Shown here: piece after piece, positions 51,936 to 64,000 of the stretch | Layout: every line of letters starts with the position of its first letter | Position numbering within the stretch: the stretch's first letter is position 1 | Assembly (NCBI GenBank): GCA_964016885.1 | Contig: OZ024745.1 | Coordinates: forward strand, 93,186,001-93,250,000 | DNA: 64,000 bases | DNA from: Eledone cirrhosa | Taxonomy: Eukaryota | Reading direction: 5' to 3' | Notes under the pieces: generated by a model | Databases searched by the model: none | What the model was told of the DNA's origin: nothing | Seen by the model: only the letters and a program-made list of their open reading frames with translations | Made by a program: the position numbers and the translations under genes

Positions 51936-52576
51936 TGAATATGCATGAATAAAATATCTCCTATAAATAGCTGGGTGATCAAACTTGTTATGCTGGTTAT
52001 TTATGTGAAGCTGTAATTTTTAGAACAATAGCTAGTTAAAAATAAGCAAATTAGACATCATATTATTTCAACTGTGTTAGATTTTTCACCAAACCTGTTT
52101 TTGTTTAACCATATTTGAAGTATATTATATCTAGAATATACACAGTAGTCCTACAACTAGCTTTTCTTGTTACTCATGTTATACAGAAAATCTGAGCATA
52201 CCAATAGAAAGACTGGTTTTTGTAGATTCCAAATATATGTCCAGGTTTTTAAATTATTCAACAAACAAGGAAAGTATGTTGACTGGTTCAAATGATTGTA
52301 AATCGGTTGAATGAAGCTGTTTTTGAAAGCTGGACTTGTGACAGAGGTTATAAAGGTCAGGGCTATTAACCATGTAATTAGTATACTGATCCATTAAATG
52401 TAGCTCTCAATAGAATTCCAATTTGTATAGGCAATGTTTTCAAACAACCCTGAAGATGAGGTATTTTTTCCAGGCCATATAAGAACTAACTAAAACAATA
52501 TTTACAGAAAAAATAATACTTCAGCATTGTCAACTACTTTCAATTTTAGCTACATCAAAGTATACACAACCAATGA

Positions 52577-52609
<33 letters not shown>

Positions 52610-53364
52610 TGCTCACTAAAAAATCTATGGATTTGACCGTGTGTGTGTGTGTGGTAGGTTTCTTATGCATGAATTTTCTATGCATATTGCTAACTTTTAT
52701 TTTATATAATTTTACTTTTTATTTAAGATATTTTTTTATTATATCAACCCTTAATATTTGTGGTGTACTTGGTGTAATACTATAGAATTTATCTCTTACA
52801 ACTGAGTGATTTTTTTTTTTTTTTTTTTTTTCATGAATATTCACTGAAATTTGAGAAATGATTTATTTAAATAATTTATTTGAATATAGCAAAATACCTG
52901 AAGTTTATTTCATTTGATAAAGATGAAAAAATATAGGGTTATATTAAAGATTTAAGAAACATTTAAGGATATTAGAAGTGTTTGTTTTGTGGGTGTGTGA
53001 ATCTTATTAAAAGATGATTTGTCCTGGAATTATAAAACAAGTCAATAAGGAAATATAAACCAATAAGAAAGTTTGTATGTGGTAACTTAATCTGTTTAAT
53101 ATAGTTACTATATTTCTCTTATTTTCCCTGCCATCTTTAAAAGCTTTGTGAAAGATAGCCACATCTATGCAGTCTCTGTTAACTCAGAACCTTATCACAT
53201 ACTTTGGTTGCTTAGCGTACACTTTAATATATATCTTAACTACCAGTATGAGTGTTAATAATATGCTAATTAATATGTCCATTTCAGGACACTGCAATAA
53301 GTGATAGGGTATATAAACCCTTTGATTATATATTTCTTTGTGGTTTAGATGATATGCATGTCTT

Positions 53365-53391
53365 CTGATGAAAGCCCATCTAGGCTTGAAA
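53365..53391 (+). ncRNA. Remnant hammerhead core with a short stem II
   Basis: CTGATGA-AAGCC-catcta-GGCTT-GAAA. Stem III and the cleavage site are not recognisable. Confidence 0.4.
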
Positions 53392-54934
53392 ACCTAAAAA
53401 TTATCTATCAGTTTTTCAATTTACAGTGTATATTCGGCATGTTTACATTTATATACACATTTACACAATCTTGGTTACCTCTGTTGTATATACATATATA
53501 ACTTTAACATCTAAAGTATTTTGGCATAAGCCTGTCAGATCAGTACTCTAAAAAGGTTACCCAACAATGACGAAACAGTTGATACATTTTTTTTTTTTTA
53601 CATTAGAAGAAAACAAAGAATTTTATTTTTTTGTATATTTGAGAAAGGGGCAGTGCCCATGGCCTTCACAGGCTCACACAACTGATGTTGTTAGTATTCT
53701 GCTTAAAGTGTTGCAAGTCCATTCTTTTCAGCTGATGTGCTGGACAGAAAGAACTGGGTATAGTGTGGGGCTTGGGGTGAATGTGGGGACTAAACACTAT
53801 AGACAATGAGAGACAGAGAAATGAGTGAGTCTGGACTGCCTGAATGGGGGTGTCATGGGACCAGCCAGTTCTAGGGAGCAGAGACCATTGTAGTAGTGGT
53901 AGAAAAGGCAGGAGGAGGACACAGCACATGTGCAGACCAGAGGCTGGAAGGTGTCTATACACCAAATAGCTCAGTGACTTAAGAGCAATTGTGAGCAACA
54001 ACATGCCACCCCAGATGTTGGGAGCATTACTCCCTTGTGGGTCTAACCTAAATGTATATTTGTGTTTGGACAACCTACAGATGATATTTAAGAAATGTGA
54101 ATATCAGAGGTTGGTAAGAAAGAAACATTTGGAAGATAACAGATTGGTTGACATAGGCTGAAAACAAATTTTAAATTAACTCTAACCAGAACACATGCAT
54201 AGGAGAACTGATGTGGGGTGGGAGAATTTTGATTAATAGAGGATAAGATAATGATCTCAGAAATAGCAATCTTAGAAATATTTTTTATAAATACTTGTGA
54301 CTGATAGAAAAGTATTCTGTGATCCTGTTTGTTATGTAAAAATCAATAAATATGATTTGTTTATAAATAGGGAGACAGAAAGCAGGCTTTGTTTACAAAT
54401 GGCTAGTGAATTTGAAAATTAGGTAGTAACATGTGTTTACACTGTATTTGAGTACATAGAATTAGTCTGTTAGTTGAGATTTTTAAAAAAAAACCCTCTG
54501 AATGGAAAAAAGGATGAGTATTGATGTACATGGGACACAAACCCACATCTTTTGTTTATTTATATTTTAGGTCTTAGGTTATAGTTATCTACAAATAAAA
54601 GCCAGTTTTTAAATGATAAAAGAGCCCTACACTTTACAGTACTGAGCTTCAAAATGTTGAAGGGTACTTTTTTTTTTTTTCAATATTTGTTGTGAAATAA
54701 TATTGACATTAGGACATTTCTTTGTGAATCTCAGGTGTATGTAACTTAACGATGTGTATTGATAATTATTGAACTTTAGTTATGAAGTTGCAGCATGAAG
54801 GCACATGGCTTAATGGTCAGGGTGTTGGACTTAATGATATGGGTTTGATTACTGGACCAGATGGCATGTTGTGTTCTTGTGTAAGATGCTTAATTTCTTA
54901 TTGCTTTTCATGATGAGACTGGAGCTCGTATCAT

Positions 54935-55315
54935 TAAAACAGCTGAGAAACCTCCTATGAGATGTAACCTTGTAGGAGGCCAGTTTGTATAATTAAAACA
55001 CTTAAAATAATAATATAATAATAATAATGAAATTATTGTGTAAAGTGCTCAGGTGCACTACAACTCGTCAATATAGTACATAGAATAATACACAAATGTC
55101 AGGGAAGTACATGTTTGTATGTGTTAGCTGTAGTGTTGGCGGATCTCGGGAAGCATGGAGCCTCCTATGAAATGTAACCTTGTAGGCGGCCAGCTTGTGT
55201 AATTAAAACAATAGAGAAACCTCATATGAGATGTAACCTTGTAGGAGGCCAGCTCATACCATTAAAACATCTAAGAAACCTCCCATGAGAGGTAACCTAG
55301 TAGGAGGCCAGCTTA
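54935..55315 (+). repeat. Tandem hairpin-forming repeat of about 58 bp (4 units) inside a SINE, interrupted by a 3' retroelement fragment (about 55003-55160, minus strand)
   Basis: Unit TTAAAACA...GAGAAACCTCCTATGAGATGTAACCTTGTAGGAGGCCAG; a single related unit lies at about 47075-47150. Confidence 0.8.
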
Positions 55316-56441
55316 ACCGATATAGGTGTGAGCTGTCGATTTAATTTCATGAAGTTGTAACAGCATATCTCTTCTGATAATAAGTCCAATGACATTTTTT
55401 CTTTATATTTAATAATTTTTAGTATATAAATAACATCAAAATATGATTACAATGATGATGAGATGAAAAGAATGAAACAGACGGGCATGAAAAATATCAA
55501 GCATCGTACCCTCTCACATCTTTTGTTTATTTATTAAATGATTTGTTTCAAAATGTTAACACTAATAACTTTGTTAGTGGTAACATTTCTTTTTCTTATT
55601 TGCAATTGTTTTTCTTCTACTCTTTTTGTCTAGCTGCTCTCCATTCTCCTCTTTTGCTAATTATCTTGTTCCACTGTCTAGCAGATACACATATGTACAG
55701 AAACACACAAATTTCACACACATCTAAAAACTGCATGTGCTAAACTTCAATGAAGATGATTTTGAAAATGTTCAACTCAATGTATCCAATGTATCGAGTT
55801 CTATTAGTTTGATAAAGAGTTTTTCAACTTGAAATATCACAACTTTATGTAAAATGATGGTTTATATTTTTATATAAAAATATATATGTGCATTGTAGAG
55901 CTTCTGAATATATTCATATTCTAATCTAAATGTTTACAAGATATTTTCTCACAACTGTTCAAATTTGGTTGTTTAAAGTTGGTTTAGTTTAATTTAAATG
56001 GAAATTTATATTTGATCTGTACGTAACTTCACAATCGAATGGTGACTGATTGGAAGAGAGAGGAGAGAGCATTCAGTTAAAAAACTACCCCAACAAAGGC
56101 CAACTCTGCTGGGTTGATAAATTAAGCACCATGCAAATATAGGGATAAACTGAATTGACTATACATACCACTACTTAAGATATTGCATCATTTTGATATT
56201 TAATTATTTTTACTGAATTTTCACACTAGCTTGGTTTTGACATTTCACCTAATCTTAACAATTGGCCATTTCATCTAATTATCTTACTGAAACCACCTCC
56301 CCAATTTGAAAACAATCTTGTAGCAACTTAACTATCACAGAAGTTATCTACTTTGCTGTTTTATTTAGTTATGAATTGTTTTTCTTATTGGAGCTTCAGT
56401 CTTTTCTTAGGTTAAAGAAATATATCTAATAAAGAAATCTT

Positions 56442-56600
56442 TTAACCCTTTAGCATTTAAACCTGCCGTATCTGGCCTGTGTTCTCTCACCTCTTTCTGT
56501 TCAAACTGGCTGTAACCAGCTGCTAAGGTATTGTTCTCAAAATAAATATCAAAATCTCATAGATTCAATATTATATGAGATGTAAATGCTAAAGGGTTAA
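56442..56600. mobile_element. piggyBac-type MITE family A (internally deleted)
   Basis: TTAA|CCCTTTAGC...GCTAAAGGG|TTAA. Confidence 0.88.
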
Positions 56601-57448
56601 AGCAAATGTTAACATCCTGCTTCATCTTGGTTAGTATTTAGATATATTTCCAAAGGGTCTCATTTCTAAATGCCCAGAGCTATTAAATAACAACAGCAAG
56701 CCCTTTATATTTGTTTTTTAATGGGTTGTTAAAACTCGCTTTCTAATGAATTTTCTGGCGTGTTTTTTAACGAATTATTTTTGTGAAAAATAATTTTTGT
56801 TTGTCTGTGTAAAATGTCATTGACACAAACTGCCAGGTGTCTAGCATTTCAGCATGTTCTGTGAGGTTTGCTTTATCCACCCCTTCAAAGTTGATAAAAT
56901 AAATACCAGGAAGATAACTGGAAATGATTTTAGGTCGAGGAAGAAAATCACCATCATCATCATTATTAGTGAATGAGGTGTAATTCATGGTTCTGTAATC
57001 AATTTACACTGATAATCAATTTTCTTTTATCATTTTCTATGCTACATTGAACCATTATGGTGTTGTACTTCTGCTAGAAATAATGTCTAGCAATATTGAG
57101 TTATGTTTCTTTTTATTGTGAGTTCTATCTAACTACCATATATTCTCTAGTGGTAATTACCAGAGAATTTCATGTCTATTTATAGAGAGGACTCCAAAAT
57201 AGGTGCAGTAGCAGCAGATTCTGTACAATTGGGCTACATTTGAAATGTTTCATTGACTATTTATTTTCCTTGTGTAAAATCTCCTCAAAAGTAATCAAAG
57301 CTTCTCAATAGCTACAATTGTTCTATCAATTTAAATGTAAATATCCGATTTTGCAGAACCATTTATCTTATTACTAGGTGCCATTCTTTCTGCATATATC
57401 TATAACATTCTCACCGTTTTTTTTTTAGTCTCTAAAATTTTATTATCC

Positions 57449-57679
57449 TTAACCCTTTAGCATTTAAACTAGTTGTATCCGGCCAGAATTCTCTCACCTC
57501 TTTTTATTCAAACCAACTGTAACCAGTCGCTCAAACTCAGATATTACGGTATGGTGCTCAAAATAAATAATATCAAAATCTCATTGATTCGATATTATGT
57601 GAGATAATTATGTAAGATAAAGCCTTTACCACAAAAATACAATAGTATATATAGAGTAATGTAAATGCTAAAGGGTTAA
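57449..57679. mobile_element. piggyBac-type MITE family A
   Basis: TTAA|CCCTTTAGC...GCTAAAGGG|TTAA. Confidence 0.9.
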
Positions 57680-58065
57680 ATGTTTGCTTGGTACTAATAT
57701 GAAGGATGCATGGATTTGCCAATTATGGGTTTTGTTAATTTTTGCAAATAAGTGCAGCATATTTCTGCTTGTCTATCATATTTCTAAAGTGGTAATTCTC
57801 TCAGTATATGGCCTGTTCAATTTTAATGAAATTCTCCTTCTGTCACTTGCTTACAAACTGTCCTAAGATTTAACAATTTATTAGTTCAATTTATAATTTC
57901 CTCTAGTTGTTTCAAGTCAGGTTTTGTAGAGAATATGTTATGGTGAGAAATGTTATGAATGTTCTGTTTTGTTATTTGTTGTCTTTATCAAATTGAAATG
58001 AAGAGAAAGCTAAGACAGAAAATACTTTAAAGACTACCTTCATGGATTTAAATTTCTATTATTAG

Positions 58066-58352
58066 GTTATCAAGCACAGCAAACACCCCAACAACAACAA
58101 CCACAACAACCTTCACAACAGCCACAGCCACAGCCACAGCCACAACAACAACAAATACCCCAACAGCAACAACAATTTTCTGGACCAACAATGCCAGGTC
58201 AGCAATTTCCCCAACAACAGCCAACTTCAGCTCTTAGTCCTTTTGGTTCTACTAATCAAACCAACCAACCAATTCAAAATTTTAATTACCCGGCAAATCC
58301 ACAGCAACAGCAACAACAACAGCAGCAACAAGCTTATAACCCTTATCAACAG
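58066..58352 (+). CDS. TFG: TFG coding exon 6 (Gln/Pro-rich low-complexity region), 287 bp; absent from the ORF track; the CDS continues beyond the window
   Basis: (G)YQAQQTPQQQQPQQPSQQPQPQP...QQQQAYNPYQQ is in frame with exon 5. ATTAG| acceptor, CAG|GTAAGA donor, phase 1-0. Confidence 0.88.
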
Positions 58353-59496
58353 GTAAGATAACTTTTGTTTCTTATGCTTATTTGACATAAAACATTTCAA
58401 AGTTAACTATTAGAAGATAAATTAGAATATTTGTTGAAAAATGGTATTTTAATGAAAAATATATATATATATATATTTTTTTTTTCTGGTATATTCTAGT
58501 TCTTCAAATTTTAAATCTTAAAAGGAAGGTCTTGAAAAAATTCTATTTCTTTCTAAATTAAAAAAATAATAATTAGATTATGTAATTGATCCCTCTAGAC
58601 TTAATCACCTGAAATGTTGAACGAGGCATTAAGATTTAGACATTTTTATTTGGGTATTTGATTTTTTCCTCAACTTGGATCTTAATTTTACATATCTTTA
58701 GTTATAATTTGTTTTTCTCAAACATAAATTACTTTATGAATCTAATACTTTTCATATATGGAAGGACAAAAACAAACAAACTATTTCTGTCATTGTAAAA
58801 ATAGCACAAAATTTGTAGAAATATCTCTTTACTAATAAATATATATTTTTTTTATTTATTATTGCATTGATTAATAGTTATTTTGAAGAAAAACAATAAT
58901 TACATATAATTTTTACAAAATATTTAAACTTGGAAGGGACATTTTAAGCCTAGTCCTTGATCTGGTAGATTTGAAAATGATGACAGTTATTACTTTTAAT
59001 TATAAGAAAAATAGTTATTTATGGAATGAACACAGCTCAACAAGTTCACCTGACTAATCCTTTAAAATGTTGGTATTTCATAATAGTTATATTAAGGCTA
59101 ACCTACAATCCTATTAAAATCTACTAACCCATATAATTTTAACATGTGTCTAATAGTGAATTTATTTATTTATTTATTTATACAAATTTTATTATTGATC
59201 TTCTATGGAAGTTTATTTTTCATGGTTATTGGGTTTACTTTACGTCTATTAAAAAGGTTATTTCTGTATCTTGAGAAAAGAAAGACAAACTACAAAAAAC
59301 GACAGCAACTATGCATATATATATTTTTTTTCTTTCAAATTTTCTCAAAGCTTGTATCAATTTAATGTGCAGCAGGATTTTATAACCAACCATTCTTTCA
59401 TTATATACTATTGAATTTAGCCATTCAATGTTTATTGCACATAGTAGTATATATAAGTATTCATTGGCATCATTCTATTGACATTAACTCTTGTAT

Positions 59497-59833
59497 GAAA
59501 TAGAAATAGAAGCTTTCACTGTATTTTTTACTAAAGACATTTTAGCCTGATAGTGGGGGTTAGGGAAATGGAAAAAGATGAGTATTGACATACATGGGAG
59601 TCGAACCCACATCTTTGGTTTCCATTACACCAACTAGCACAGTGCTGTGGATAACCAAAGATGTGGCTTTGACTCCCACGTATGTCAATACTCATCTTTT
59701 TCCATTCCTGAGAGGGTTCTAACCCCCCCCCCCCCCCCCCCCCCCCGTTTATCAGGCTAAAATTTCTTTAGTCAAAAATATGGCGAAAGTTTCTGTTTCT
59801 ATTTTCAAACTCGCTCGCTGTTTCAAAACATAC
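59497..59833. mobile_element. tRNA-derived element inserted as an inverted duplication with a 13-bp direct repeat
   Basis: Arms 59497-59624 and 59648-59807, flanked by TTAACTCTTGTAT at 59484-59496 and 59834-59846. B-box GGTTCGACTCC. Partial relative at about 54490-54560. Confidence 0.75.
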
Positions 59834-61354
59834 TTAACTCTTGTATAATTATAATGATGTCTAATCACTTGATTAATTATTCTTTCATTTTATATTTTCT
59901 TCTCTTTTTTTTTTTGTTTTTCTTTTTGAAGTTTATGGCCATGAAATTGGGAAGATAGGTTATGAAATATCTTTGGAATTTAGCCCGATATTGTTAATGT
60001 TATTTTTTTTTTCATTCTATTCTTTTCCCTGTTAATGTAAATCATTAGTCGTGACTCATTAAATCCCAGATGGACCTAATATATCGTAATTATATGCATG
60101 AAGTATATATGGATGTATACACATATATATATTGACATGCATACACACACGCACACACACATATTAACATGCATACATACACACGCACACACATATATTG
60201 ACAGACGTACATGGATACACACATATATATATTGACATGCATACATACACATGCACACATATATTGACATACACTCATACATACACACACAGACACATAT
60301 ATATATATATATTGACATACATATATACATGTGAAGGCGCATGGCTAAGTAGTTAGAGAATTGAATTCATAATCGTGAGGTTGTGAGTTGGATTCCCGGA
60401 CTGGGCGATGCGTTATGTCCTTGAGCAAGATACTTTATTTCACATTGCTCCTTCTACTTGGATTTGCGACTGATAGATAGTATTAGCAAATGGAAAGACC
60501 AATGGAAACATTGTTTCCTCGGTCCGATCTTATGAAAGTCGATCCACTGTCGATATATACATACAGGTGTTAGTTTCTTGTTAATGAAATTGTTAGTCAT
60601 TACTAATTAGTTTCTAGCACACCTGAAAATCCTGGTTTGATCTAATACATGATGTACTTATGAACATGGCAACCATGGGGCCCTGATGACAGGTGAAGTG
60701 ACATGCTTTGTTGGAGTACACTGCTATCATGTTAATATTCTCTATTAGTAACACCTTATATTACTACCAACACATAACATACACACACCTCATCACTCAC
60801 ACACACATATTCCTTCTCACTCTCTCCCAACACTGATGCTACAAAAAAAAAAAATTGTACACATACAAACATATATGGATTTGCATATATACTTTATATA
60901 TAAGCTAGAAATTGTTAATGTAGTCCTGGTACCTAAGTAACAGACAGCCCTCTTTGTTAAAAATGCAAAACAGAAAATAAAGAAGAACCACCATCTTTAT
61001 ACTTCCATCATAACTAGACAGATGGAGGCAATGCATTCTTCCTCATACACTCACTAATTTAAACACAAGCACACACACACACACACACAAACTGACTTCA
61101 AATCTACCTGATGGATTCAAGATATTATCTTCATCATTATTATTATTCCACAAATGTTTGCCATATTTAGACAATATTTTAGTTTCAGTGAATGTTTTGG
61201 CAATCAATACATATGGCAGAGTATTTACTTTCTATGTTGATGAAACTATTGCAAGACATGCATTATTTATGTTTTATTGTACACTTTTTTTTAGAAAATA
61301 AAGAATAGAAACAATCTCTGACACAGATGTATTTCTTAAAATTAACCTGTAATA

Positions 61355-62500
61355 CAGGGTTGCTCAATTCTTTGAGGACATTTGCATGTATTTAGTAAAA
61401 GATGCAGAAGTCATGAAAGATGAGTTCTGTTTGAGAAAAAAAAAATAGCATGAATAATCTCAAGACCTTTTGACACATCTTCACAAAAGATTCCACCGTT
61501 TGCATCGATGACTGCTTCAATATGAAGTCTAAAATGTTGATATCTCCAAATCAAATGATCTTTACCTATATTGGTTATTGTGGTAGTTATGGCTGATTTC
61601 AGAGATTTTATAGGATTAACTTCCCTCTCGACTACAACCCATATGTAGTAGTCCAATACATTCAGTCCTGGGGAGTTAAGAAGTAATATGTTTAAGGTGA
61701 TGTGATGATGGAGATTGTAACTCGTCCATTCTTGGGTCGTCTGGGCCTTATAAGATGACACAGTGTCTTGTTGGCTGGTCTACAGTCTTCCTTTGCTCAC
61801 ACTCTTTCAAAGGCCTCACAACTCTCTTCAACACCTTATAGTCAGCGCTGAAAAAAGAAGTGAGGAGGCATGACACCTTCCTCATTGCTCTCACCTCTCA
61901 AAACCATCACAGTTGCCGGAAACTTTGTGTTCATGACCGTTGGATTATCTAGGATCTCTGCATAACCATCAGTTATTCCTTCGAGTGCCTTTTTAGACCT
62001 GATCAAAGTTTTTCTCATCAAAGAAAAACCAAAGCACTGCAGGCTTTTGATGCTTCAACTTGCTCAACAAGTGTTTTTCAGACATGAATTGGCCTCTCCA
62101 CCACATCACATATGTCTTGTATCGAAGGTCCTCATACACAATTCTTCTGGTAGTGTGCCTTGAAACCTTGAGCTCTTTAGCAATGACGCTAATTGATTTT
62201 TTGGGGTTCTTATAATTAATTTTCTGTAGCTTCCATACAAATTTGAGTGTTCTGGTGGTATTAGGACCTTTAGCAAGTGTTTTACATTTGGCTATTGTTG
62301 TAGAATCCCTATGTGTGGCTTGCAACAAACGACGTGCAACTTTCAGGAAGCAAGCATTCTGTAAATCACTATGGCAATGATTACAGCGTGTCTTTTCATT
62401 TACTGTCATCATTTATCTGAAAAGAAATGGTAATCAGAACAAGTTAGAAAAAAGTTAGAGCTATTACAAGAAATGTCCTCAAAGAACTGAGCAACCACTG
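61355..62500 (-). mobile_element. Tc1/mariner-superfamily maT (DD37D) DNA transposon with a decayed transposase
   Basis: TA TSD; TIRs of about 30 bp, CAG(T)GGTTGCTCA(A/G)TTCTTTGAGGACATTT. The transposase has an HTH region, FFDEKNF, and QD...SPGLNVLD with exactly 37 residues between the last two Asp. Confidence 0.92.
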
Positions 62501-63549
62501 TACTTTTAGTTGTTCAAGCAATATGTGAAAACAGAATTGTTTTGATAAGTTTATTTCTTTCTATGGAATCGGTTAATCGTAATATAATAAAGCGCAGTTC
62601 AATGTTTCACTATAATAATTTTCTTGAAAAAAATAAAAATTGAATCTTTGTACATGGGAGAGCGAGAGAGAATCTGTCATATTTAATGAATAATGTAAAA
62701 ACTTGAGTCTCTTGAATCCCTAGATTCCCAATCATCATTTTCAATGAATTGAGATCAATATTTTTTCTGTTTTACTAGTATTTTTTAACTTCCTCAGAAA
62801 TATTTGTTGTCTTAAGAGAAGCTACGAAAGTAAGGCATATTGTTGCTTTGAGGATATGAGAGCATGATTTTTCTCATAAACATTTCTAACTAGAGTGATA
62901 AGAAAGTTATATTTTTGTACTGGTCAATGTGAGATAGAAATACCTTCCATTTTTGACATTCACTTGGTCTGGCTGTAGTAAGGATAATTTCTAATCTAGA
63001 TACAAGACCAGAAATTTGATTATATCAATCCCAGTATTTGATGGTGGTTTGTTTTATCTACGCTGAAAGGATAAAAGGCAAAGTTGATATCAGAGGAATT
63101 TGTAAAGAGCAGAAACAAAGTTGCTCTAACAATTTCAGCTGATTCTCTGTTTTTAGTGAAAGTAAGAATAAAGCTATTTCTAGAAGGTTCAGTTATTATG
63201 GGTGCAATCATGGCTGTTGTAGTTAAGAAGTTTGCTTTACAATTACATGGGTTTGGATTCATGGGAATTGAGGCAAGTATTTTCTGCCATAGCCTTGGAT
63301 TGTCAAGTGCCATGTGAGTAAAATCTGGTAGACGGGAACTGCAGAAGAGGGTTTGTGTATATATATTTTTTTATAACAGCACAAACAAAACTAGCAAATT
63401 GGAACAGAAATACCGTCCAACTGTTATCTCCCTTTAAATAAATATCTATTTCCTGTTTCATAGCTTACAGGATAGATGAAATAGTGTACTGGAGTCGATG
63501 CTCCAGCTTGTGTGTGGGAGGGGAGCGTATATGTGTTTGTACATATATG

Positions 63550-63599
<50 letters not shown>

Positions 63600-64000
63600 C
63601 ATACATAAAGAGACATACTTTATTATGAAAAAGTAATGAGTTTAATTTTTCTAGTTTCACCTGTGTACTCGTAGGATTATCAGTCTTGTCTGATATCCTG
63701 TGAAAATCTAGATTAACAAGACTCATCATAAGCCATAATAGAGATTATTATTAAATTCTATTCTAAGGGCGGGTGGATTGGCAGTATCGGTAGGGGGTTC
63801 GACGACATGCTTTCCAGCATAGATACGCCCCTTTACGAACTGAGTTCAAATCCCGCCGAGGTTAACTTTTGCCTTTCATCCTTACGTGGTCGATAAAATA
63901 AAGTACCAGTAATGTACTGGGATAATTGCTGTCTATGTTCCAAAAGTAGAAACAATTATTAAATTCTATTTCAGTATTGAGTACTCATTCTCATGTCTTG

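Noticed and set aside
54935-55315. Palindromic repeats with regular spacing, superficially CRISPR-like
   Set aside because: The intervening sequences are near-identical rather than unique spacers, there are no cas genes, and the context is a eukaryotic SINE.
58353-64000. Terminal TFG exon
   Set aside because: No phase-0 acceptor followed by P/Q/G/Y-rich coding sequence was found. The ORFs here are transposase or repeat-derived.

Overview
AT-rich, microsatellite- and transposon-dense animal genomic DNA. The SINE and RTE repertoire looks like that of an octopod cephalopod (inference; no database search was run). One host gene is well supported: TFG (TRK-fused gene, an ER-exit-site/COPII scaffold) on the + strand. 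It has a probable CCAAT/GC-box promoter and non-coding exon at about 13.55-13.76 kb, a 22-kb first intron, and six coding exons (35973-58352, 412 codons, no stop codon; the 3' end lies beyond the window). Most of the rest is mobile DNA: a decayed Tx1/L1-type LINE (1-4332), RTE/BovB, CRE-like and CCHC-ending LINE fragments, many tRNA-derived SINEs, non-autonomous Helitrons, nine copies of a TTAA piggyBac-type MITE, a hAT MITE, a Mutator-like foldback and a DD37D maT transposon. The most unusual signal is a family of small non-coding elements inserted into (TA)n as inverted duplications, each carrying a type I hammerhead ribozyme motif with a long stem II and a palindromic minimal stem III (10.7-11.0 kb and 26.9-27.2 kb; a third remnant at 53.4 kb). 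Also of note are several long near-perfect palindromes inside the TFG pre-mRNA and a possible decayed antisense LRR-type gene nested in intron 1.
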